A DNA stretch of 64,000 nucleotides, from assembly GCA_028867735.1 (NCBI GenBank), contig JAGWFW010000001.1, forward strand, positions 9,671-73,670, read 5' to 3'. The notes under the pieces were generated by a model. It was given only the letters and a program-made list of their open reading frames with translations, made no database searches and had not been told where the DNA came from. Below, in pieces: positions 57,047-64,000 of the stretch. Numbering within the stretch: the first letter of the stretch is position 1; every line of letters starts with the position of its first letter. Position numbers and translations under genes: made by a program. The DNA is from Nitrososphaerota archaeon. GTDB lineage: Archaea > Thermoproteota > Nitrososphaeria > Nitrososphaerales > Nitrosopumilaceae.

Positions 57047-58642
57047 TCAGGTACTTGACTGGTTATTGTGAATTTTTGGCAGACTGATGATAAATGTTGT
57101 ACCCTTGTTTATCTGAGTTTGTATATTGATGGAACCGCCATGTTTTTCTACGATGCTTTTGCAGCTTACCAGTCCCAATCCGGTTCCTATCTGCCTTGTA
57201 GTAAATAATGGCTCGAATATTTTCGGTAACAGATCTTGCGGAATCCCGTGTCCTGTGTCTTCTATCTCAATAGTTATTGTTTTTTCTTCGTTTTTTGCTC
57301 TGATGTGGAGACTTCCTATTCCGTTCATAGCTTGAACTGAATTTAGGATCAAGTTTGAAAAAACTATCTCCATTTTAGATGCGTCGCATACTATGTTTAT
57401 ATCTGCTTTAGGTAGATCTATTGTAACCTGTTGAACATTGATTTTTGATATGACGGTGTCAAAAATGTCAAGCAGCGAGTTGTCTAAAAGCTCTAATGGT
57501 TTAGGCCATACATATTCCAGAACCTCTTCAATTTGATGAGATATCCTGACAGCAGCCCTCTCTATTCTCTCATAGTCTCCTCTTGTTTTGTCGTCTAAAT
57601 TAGTAGATCTCATCTTCATCAGTTCTATGCTATTTTTGATTACCGATAGCGGGTTTTTGAGATCATGTGCGATACGGGCTGAAAGGACACCCATGTCGCT
57701 TATGCGTTTTATTTTTTGCTGCTCGATTTCCTCTTTTGCTATGTAAACGTCTGTCATGTTTCTAAGCGAAGCTATACGACCAATTAGACTTCCATCCTTG
57801 TCATAAAGATTGGTGGCACTAAGCAATGTTGGAAATATACTCTCATCTTTTCTTTTAAGCCAGATCTCTTTGGCCTTTATTATCCCTGTGTCCTTCCAGT
57901 CTTGCAGCGCTTCTTGCATGTCTTTGATGCTTCTTTCTGCAGTGTGCATGAACACCGATTTCCCAATGATGCCGTCTTTTGAATAACGAAGATTTTCAGC
58001 GTATGACTGGTTACAATCTGTAATGATTCCATCCATGTCAATTGTGCGCAGCAGGTCTGGCGAATTGTCATAAAGACTTCGGTATCTCTGTTTTGTTTCC
58101 AAGAGAATGTCATTTGCGGTACGAACCTGATCATATTGCTCCTGTAGGATTTTTTCGTGTTCTTCTAGGCGTTTTTGCGCATTGTGAATTTCAGAGATGT
58201 CGCGAATGGTGGTGTTGCTGCCGACTAAGTTGCCATCTTTGTCATATAGGCTAGTGGCGCTAAGAAGCGTAGGAAACGCTTTGCCGTCTTTTCTTTTAAG
58301 CCAGATCTTACTATCTCGTACACTTCCGCTCATCTTCCATGTCTTAAACGAGTCCTTCAACGCGCCCAAGCTTTCCTCCGCCACATGCTCAAATATGGAT
58401 ACACCGATAATCTCCTCTCTGAAATATCCCAGAGTATTTGCATAGGTTTGGTTGCAGTCTATTATGATTCCTTTCAAATTTATGGTGCGCAGCAGGTCTG
58501 GAGAATTATCGTACAAATTCCTGTATTTTTGCTCGGCTCTGTGGTAACGCTCTATTATGGTGTCAAGATTTTGTTCAATAAAACTCTCGTATGCCGTATT
58601 ATCTTTCGCAATATTGTATTTGGAATAAGATTCCATGGTCAT
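57047..58642 (-). CDS. Cytoplasmic PAS-PAS sensor histidine kinase
   Basis: Two near-identical PAS/PAC units (YDNSPDLLRTI...WLKRKD...FPTLLSAT); H box AHDLKNPL; N, G1 (DTGHGI), F and G2 (GTGLGL) boxes. Confidence 0.93.
   Translation of the reverse strand: MTMESYSKYNIAKDNTAYESFIEQNLDTIIERYHRAEQKYRNLYDNSPDLLRTINLKGIIIDCNQTYANTLGYFREEIIGVSIFEHVAEESLGALKDSFKTWKMSGSVRDSKIWLKRKDGKAFPTLLSATSLYDKDGNLVGSNTTIRDISEIHNAQKRLEEHEKILQEQYDQVRTANDILLETKQRYRSLYDNSPDLLRTIDMDGIITDCNQSYAENLRYSKDGIIGKSVFMHTAERSIKDMQEALQDWKDTGIIKAKEIWLKRKDESIFPTLLSATNLYDKDGSLIGRIASLRNMTDVYIAKEEIEQQKIKRISDMGVLSARIAHDLKNPLSVIKNSIELMKMRSTNLDDKTRGDYERIERAAVRISHQIEEVLEYVWPKPLELLDNSLLDIFDTVISKINVQQVTIDLPKADINIVCDASKMEIVFSNLILNSVQAMNGIGSLHIRAKNEEKTITIEIEDTGHGIPQDLLPKIFEPLFTTRQIGTGLGLVSCKSIVEKHGGSINIQTQINKGTTFIISLPKIHNNQSST
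57846..58501. repeat. Intragenic 441-bp tandem duplication of the PAS unit
   Basis: TCTTTTCTTTTAAGCCAGATCT at 57846 and 58287; GTGCGCAGCAGGTCTGG at 58044 and 58485 (both offset 441). Confidence 0.85.
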
Positions 58643-58833
58643 CTCTCCGTGCTATCAATTGAGAAAAAATGATTTTCCCGTGGTGTAAAAACTATAAACC
58701 TGTTCATGTTTTTACTCTCTTGCCTGTTATAATCAATAGTAGGACTTTCAGTCTGAACAAGCTAGATGCAACATCTGTGGGGTTTGGGGGAACGCTTGGA
58801 ATTTGCGATCTTTACTGTGATGTGTGACGCTAA

Positions 58834-60150
58834 CTATGACACCGGAATCTGTAATGTTAATGGAGATGACAACGCGTTAGGGTCTGTCACTCCTTGCCAC
58901 ACAAATATTTGTGCCGTGTATGTTCCGGAAGAGCTTGGCGCCCATGATTGACTCAGGCTCATACTTTGTTTAGGTGATAACGAACCCGTAATCCAAGATA
59001 ATGAAGTGGCAATTCCATTGGAATCTTGAATTTGTACAAGATACGCAAACGCTTGATTTCTGTTCATCTTGTTTGTAACGTCTGATACAATTGCTACCTG
59101 TTGTCCCACTGCTATTTTACCAAGTGTTTTGCCTGCAGAATCAATTATTCTTGCATTGCTGGCAGGTACTCTTTCTAGCGGCGGCAGGATTGTACCAACT
59201 GTTGTAGTTGCAAGTAGTCGTAATTGACTTGATGGTGAGTATGGTGGAGGGAGGGTTCTATCTGTATATTCGCCAGTGACGGCATCTCCTTCAGATACAT
59301 GTAATCTGTTTCCTGAAGAGGTATACTGTGTAGTGAAATACGCTGTGCCTTGAAATATTCCCGATCCCTTGTCTGTTTCTGTCATGGTAAGTTTGATGCC
59401 GCCAGAATCCGAGTCTGACCAGACGTTTGTATCAAATTTGTTTAAAGCGTCTGGATTTATGCTCATGTCTGGGTCAATTATTTGCAGTACTCCTTGACCA
59501 TCAGACGGATAGTTTGGTTGCATCCATTGTATCTGTCCTAAATGCCATCGAATTAGTGCAGATCCTGTTACTGTTTGGTCCCGCGAGTATTCGAAAGATA
59601 CTGAAACCCCGTCGTTTCCAGTACTTGGGATCATGCCCCCCGTAGGTCCACACGTGGAATTACACGTAGACATGGTACCGGAAGGATTCTCCCCGTATCC
59701 GTCAATTCCCGCTGTTCCTTTCTGAGTAGGGTCTCCAGTAAGATCAACATATCCAGAAAAAATTCCCGTGTCAACGCCTGTTTCTGATAATTTGTATGGT
59801 ATGCAATGTCCGGTAGTGCATACATTTAGCTTGTCATCACTTGTCTCTCCGATGGTATCAATCAAGTTTGGGTCTGAATTAAAATCCGGGGCATATACGG
59901 TGATGTAAACACGATCTGTCCAGGAAAACACCTTTTTGTTGAATTGAACTGGAGGCTTGTTTACACTCGTAGTTATTCCTTGGCTAGGCATCTGCGCATA
60001 TGAGGGAGCATTTAGGACAAGTAAAAGACAAATGGAAAATAGTGCTAGGGGGGCAACCATGCCGAGTGCGTGCTGCAGTTTACTTTGCAATGTAATTCTT
60101 CCAAATACGATGTACATTTTGTACTTTGTCATTTTTGAATTGATCCACAA
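58834..60150 (-). CDS. Exported protein with thaumarchaeal S-layer-like domains
   Basis: Signal peptide; APDFNSD, ETGVDTGIFSG, ETDKGSGIFQG; C-terminal QAFAYLVQIQD...SLSWITGSL...FVW...ALS; true start possibly 60060. Confidence 0.8.
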   Translation of the reverse strand: MWINSKMTKYKMYIVFGRITLQSKLQHALGMVAPLALFSICLLLVLNAPSYAQMPSQGITTSVNKPPVQFNKKVFSWTDRVYITVYAPDFNSDPNLIDTIGETSDDKLNVCTTGHCIPYKLSETGVDTGIFSGYVDLTGDPTQKGTAGIDGYGENPSGTMSTCNSTCGPTGGMIPSTGNDGVSVSFEYSRDQTVTGSALIRWHLGQIQWMQPNYPSDGQGVLQIIDPDMSINPDALNKFDTNVWSDSDSGGIKLTMTETDKGSGIFQGTAYFTTQYTSSGNRLHVSEGDAVTGEYTDRTLPPPYSPSSQLRLLATTTVGTILPPLERVPASNARIIDSAGKTLGKIAVGQQVAIVSDVTNKMNRNQAFAYLVQIQDSNGIATSLSWITGSLSPKQSMSLSQSWAPSSSGTYTAQIFVWQGVTDPNALSSPLTLQIPVS

Positions 60151-60199
60151 ATGAATTCATTTCATATTTTTCAGGCCTGATGCCTAGGCAAATACTGAA

Positions 60200-61588
60200 T
60201 TATAGGTAGGATAAATTCTCAGACGACTCATCCTGGCTTCTTTCCAGGATGGAATAGATTGGAGTCTCAAGTCTTGTTAGTGTCTTTTTCTTGATGAATC
60301 CTACTGTCATGATGTCTGCCCTGAATATCTGGTGCAATAACCAGTCAAAGGCAACTTTGACTTTCTTTTCATTTGTAGGAAGGTTTAGCCAGTAAAACAA
60401 TCTCCACAAAAGCCATGCCTGAAATCCATATACTTTTCTTCCATTGATGAGCGCTACTCCGACCCGTTTTCCTATTGTGGCCATTACTCCCTTGTTTTGA
60501 TAATCAAATTCCTCCATGGTGTTTTCTTGACCGCTTATTTCAGCAGACAGGTTTTTTGATACTATTTTGGCCTGTCTTATTGCGATCTGAGCTGTTGTCG
60601 GATATATTGCTCCACTGTGAGGTTCAACCAAATGAGCGGAATCTCCAAGTGCAAATATGTTTGGGCGGTCTTTGAGTCTGAGATACTGGTCAACTATTAG
60701 ACGACCTGATGCCCCATGTTCGCACTTGAGAGCGGCTACTAGTGGCTCTACTGTAACACCGCCAGCCCACACAAGTGTCGCACAAGGAATAATTGTATTA
60801 TCGCTAAGCAGGACATGATCTTCTCCTGCATCCACTGCTTTTGTATTTGTCATAACCTCAATGCCTGATTTTTGTACATAATCCAGAGCAAAATTACCTA
60901 GTTCTTCCCCAACCTCCGGCAAGATTCCATTTCTGGCTGATACTATTATGACACGTATTTTTTTCGAATCAATATTCTTGTAAAAGTTTTTTGCTGCATC
61001 ATGCAAGAAATGGTTTATCTCAGTTGCAATCTCAACTCCTGCAAATCCTCCTCCGACAACAACAAACCTTAGAAGCTGTTCCTGCAGGATCTCGTCCTTT
61101 TCCTGATCAGCACATTCTAGGACGCTTACTACGTGGTTTCTAATTGCAATGGCGTCTTCTAGCGTTTTAATTGTAAATGCAAACTCTTCAATGTTTACGT
61201 TTCCAAAAAAGTTATCCTTGCTTCCCATTGCAAGAACCAGATAATCATATTCAAACACCGTCTCCTTCTGATCAAATATCCGGATTACAGTGACTTTTTT
61301 GTCTTCTAGATCGATTGCCGAAACTCTTGCATGGCAGAAATTTGCCGTCTTGCAAAATGTCCTGATTGGGGTTGAGATGTCGCTTGGATGGAGCATTCCG
61401 GACGAAATTTCTGGAAGCATTGGGGTAAAAAGAAAAAAGTTATCCTGACTTATTAGCGTCACTTCAGCATTATTGCCGAGTTGGTTTTGCACTTCTTGTA
61501 GTACATTGCTTCCTGCAAATCCTCCCCCTAATATCAAAATCTTTGGTCTACGTGGCTCTTTTGAACTAAACTTGCGTATCATTTTCAA
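60200..61588 (-). CDS. ndh: Type II NADH dehydrogenase family FAD-dependent oxidoreductase
   Basis: ILGGGFAG, FTPMLPE, VVGGGFAGVE, WAGG, FALGD, TAQIAIRQ. Confidence 0.85.
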   Translation of the reverse strand: MKMIRKFSSKEPRRPKILILGGGFAGSNVLQEVQNQLGNNAEVTLISQDNFFLFTPMLPEISSGMLHPSDISTPIRTFCKTANFCHARVSAIDLEDKKVTVIRIFDQKETVFEYDYLVLAMGSKDNFFGNVNIEEFAFTIKTLEDAIAIRNHVVSVLECADQEKDEILQEQLLRFVVVGGGFAGVEIATEINHFLHDAAKNFYKNIDSKKIRVIIVSARNGILPEVGEELGNFALDYVQKSGIEVMTNTKAVDAGEDHVLLSDNTIIPCATLVWAGGVTVEPLVAALKCEHGASGRLIVDQYLRLKDRPNIFALGDSAHLVEPHSGAIYPTTAQIAIRQAKIVSKNLSAEISGQENTMEEFDYQNKGVMATIGKRVGVALINGRKVYGFQAWLLWRLFYWLNLPTNEKKVKVAFDWLLHQIFRADIMTVGFIKKKTLTRLETPIYSILERSQDESSENLSYL

Positions 61589-61807
61589 TATCTCTTGATG
61601 CCTGATCCGAAAGATGAAGAAGTTACATTACACATGCTCGTTTGGTATTGTGTCATCAAAGTCAATAAATCTGTAGCTTTGCTGGTATGAACAAACCGAC
61701 TAGAATCTGTCTACCTATGATTAGACGTCAAATTGGGTCAATTATTTCTCATTTAATTAACACATCTTCACAATTCTACGCATTTTTAATAATTTTTTAT
61801 CATAGGA

Positions 61808-62629
61808 ATGATAGGTATGTCAAAGAATGCGATATTATTAGGAATGTCGTTCTTATTTCTATTAGCCCTAGTCCCAGCATATGCAGAAGTGACTTCATTG
61901 CAGTCTGATAGGGCATTATACTCTGTTGACATGAATGTATACTTTACAGGAACAGTTGACAGTACAGATTCTCAAAAACTAGTAAATCTTTTGATTCAAG
62001 ATCCAAACGGCAAGATTGTTCTGATGACTGGTAGGTTTGCGGCACAAAATGACACTTTTCAGATAATCGTCAATACTAATGATCCGAGCCAGTTTTACCT
62101 CAAAGGAACATACAAGGCGGTAGCCTTTGTTGACAATGAATCAAGTGGCAAGACAATATCGTTTGATTTTTCGCCTGATGGTTCTCCAGTGATTCATCAA
62201 ACTAATGGTTCGTCAGCAGCTAATCAAACTGCTGAATCTAAGAATGCATCTGGTGGAAACACTTTGCAACCTCCAAATCTTAATCATACCGCACAATTGC
62301 ATGAAAATACGACCATTGTTGGCATGGTAAACACATCAAAAATTGCAAAATCAGAATCCAACCACGTGCAACCAAACGGATATGACCTGGGGAACATTCT
62401 TTATCCTTCCATGGCAGCTTGTGGGGCGGGAATAGTTGGGTTTATTGTATATCTGAGAATGCAGAGATCTAAAACAAAATCAGGCCAGTCCAAGAAATCC
62501 GTATCATTAAATCCCGCAGCTGATGAGAAGGAAGACTATGCGTTAACAGTTCTAAAAAACAGGCTGGCTAAAGGCGAGATGACTCTTGATGAATTCAAGG
62601 CAACAAAGGATGCCCTAAGCGAACCCTAG
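61808..62629 (+). CDS. Exported membrane protein with C-terminal SHOCT domain
   Basis: Signal peptide, Ig-like region, TM helix, ALTVLKNRLAKGEMTLDEF. Confidence 0.85.
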   Translation: MIGMSKNAILLGMSFLFLLALVPAYAEVTSLQSDRALYSVDMNVYFTGTVDSTDSQKLVNLLIQDPNGKIVLMTGRFAAQNDTFQIIVNTNDPSQFYLKGTYKAVAFVDNESSGKTISFDFSPDGSPVIHQTNGSSAANQTAESKNASGGNTLQPPNLNHTAQLHENTTIVGMVNTSKIAKSESNHVQPNGYDLGNILYPSMAACGAGIVGFIVYLRMQRSKTKSGQSKKSVSLNPAADEKEDYALTVLKNRLAKGEMTLDEFKATKDALSEP

Positions 62630-63228
62630 GGTGCAAGGCTAAACGAGTCTACTTTGGAAAGCTGTGCTGCTATCTCGGTGGAGTTCTCGTTGCCATATGA
62701 TATCAAAATCCTGTCATTGTCCTTGATCACATAGTTGCTGATATCCTGAACCTGATGGTGATCTATGAAGAACTTGAGGCTGTATTTGTCATCAGTACAG
62801 AAATTACGTTTGTCTGGAAACGTAAAGCATTTGTCAGTTATTCCTATGTGCAAGGAATTAAAAAGAAATCCGAGAGTCACATTTGCTGCATGCATGTGAA
62901 CTGTCTCTCCGTTATCCTTTTCAAAATCGATATATTTGCTCTTTATCTGGTAGGCAAGAGACGAATAATCAAACTGCTGGCCGAAAATCATGGTTAGCAA
63001 TCCTGCATGCACATCTACTTTGCCAAGCGGGCCTGCGCCCTGAGGCATTCCTTGTGGTACCACATGTGTTGATAGCTCGTAGAAATTATAGCTTGAAATG
63101 GCAAGAACTGCTACTATGCCGCCAAGTACTGCCAAGCCGATTGCTTTGTACTTGAACTGTTCTTTCTGACGTTTTTCATAAAAGCTTTCTCGCTCTTGTT
63201 CTCGCTCCTCTCTCTCTTTTTTACCCAT
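62626..63228 (-). CDS. Conserved membrane-anchored hypothetical protein with His motifs
   Basis: Charged N-terminus, TM helix, VHAGL and VHMHA, TLGFLF, C-x8-C. Confidence 0.75.
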   Translation of the reverse strand: MGKKEREEREQERESFYEKRQKEQFKYKAIGLAVLGGIVAVLAISSYNFYELSTHVVPQGMPQGAGPLGKVDVHAGLLTMIFGQQFDYSSLAYQIKSKYIDFEKDNGETVHMHAANVTLGFLFNSLHIGITDKCFTFPDKRNFCTDDKYSLKFFIDHHQVQDISNYVIKDNDRILISYGNENSTEIAAQLSKVDSFSLAP

Positions 63229-63354
63229 TTAACGATAAACGTCAAAATTCTACCCTAATTAACTATATCTGATAAGGAAAAAGGAAAAGCAGACAATTCT
63301 TGTGCTTGGGCTGACTGGGATCAAAAAAAGTTATGAAACTTGAGGAGTTACTGC

Positions 63355-63969
63355 CTAATGGTATCCATCTGGAATGTACGATATGTTTATTCCGTCGATT
63401 ACCTTTGCAGTGCCAACTGATAATTGCTTATCCCATGCTGTTAGTATTATCCATGATGTGTTCATGGGCTTGTTTGGTGTCATGTGGAATGTCACATACA
63501 TGAATTTCTGATCGTATTTGACATCTGCTGTGACAGTACCAAGTATGTTGTGAGGATCATGTACTGCGACCCCGCCCGTCTTTGAGTATTGTACCCATGT
63601 GTCGCTATTTCCAGCACTCGGATTGTAGCCACTTATGTTGAGAAACAATGCTACGCCCTGGATTTGGTATGTTCCGCCGTATTCCCATAGCTTGGCTGTT
63701 ATGGTTGTGGACGCGCCCACGTAGACAGTCCTAGTTGGTATCTGTTGGACATATTTTGATATGTCGTATGCATGCCCATTGATGGTTAAACCGTCATTAT
63801 ATGAAAACGCAGAACCACCAAGTGCAGAACCGGCATATGTGCTACTGCCAAATGATGGCGCATAAGATGCTCCATAACCGGATAGTGCATAAACAGACGA
63901 ATTGGCTCCTACAAGCGTTAGTACTAGTGCAACAACAATAGTTCCTGTTACAATAGATTGCTTGTGCAT
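63355..63969 (-). CDS. Secreted hypothetical protein
   Basis: Signal peptide (..SSVYA), beta-rich body; start ATG 63969 or 63996. Confidence 0.75.
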   Translation of the reverse strand: MHKQSIVTGTIVVALVLTLVGANSSVYALSGYGASYAPSFGSSTYAGSALGGSAFSYNDGLTINGHAYDISKYVQQIPTRTVYVGASTTITAKLWEYGGTYQIQGVALFLNISGYNPSAGNSDTWVQYSKTGGVAVHDPHNILGTVTADVKYDQKFMYVTFHMTPNKPMNTSWIILTAWDKQLSVGTAKVIDGINISYIPDGYH

Positions 63970-64000
63970 TATCGAAGGTTGATTACTCGTATACATAAGC

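Noticed and set aside
1-64000. CRISPR arrays, rRNA/tRNA genes, transposases, integrases, defence systems
   Set aside because: No regularly spaced repeats, RNA-gene signatures or mobile-element motifs seen; the SMC is the canonical hinge-containing housekeeping type, not Wadjet/MksB.

Overview
Gene-dense window (~64 kb) from an ammonia-oxidising-type archaeon (Nitrososphaerota/Thaumarchaeota; Nitrosotalea-like is my inference). Lineage markers are a Ser-type thaumarchaeosortase, a PEFG-CTERM cupredoxin, Rps26e, Alba and an S-layer-like protein. Most of it is housekeeping: SMC, AspRS, PyrG, trpEGDCBA, ilvBN-leuAB, ilvD, Dpo4, Nre, two deoxyhypusine-synthase homologues, Ino1, Ppa and PiT. I saw no rRNA, tRNA, CRISPR array or transposase. 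The most notable signals lie outside the supplied ORF track. (1) A 20-aa Ile/Leu/Val-rich leader ORF with mutually exclusive RNA pairings sits directly upstream of ilvBN-leuAB, resembling bacterial ribosome-mediated attenuation. (2) A fluoride riboswitch plus a translationally coupled uORF precedes crcB. (3) A truncated CysRS paralogue with a rewired metal site is coupled to a GNAT (MshC/MshD-like logic). (4) A Pro/Cys-free secreted tandem-repeat protein splits oppD/oppF. (5) A structured GC-rich intergenic element lies at ~40.3 kb. All calls come from reading the sequence; no database searches were run.
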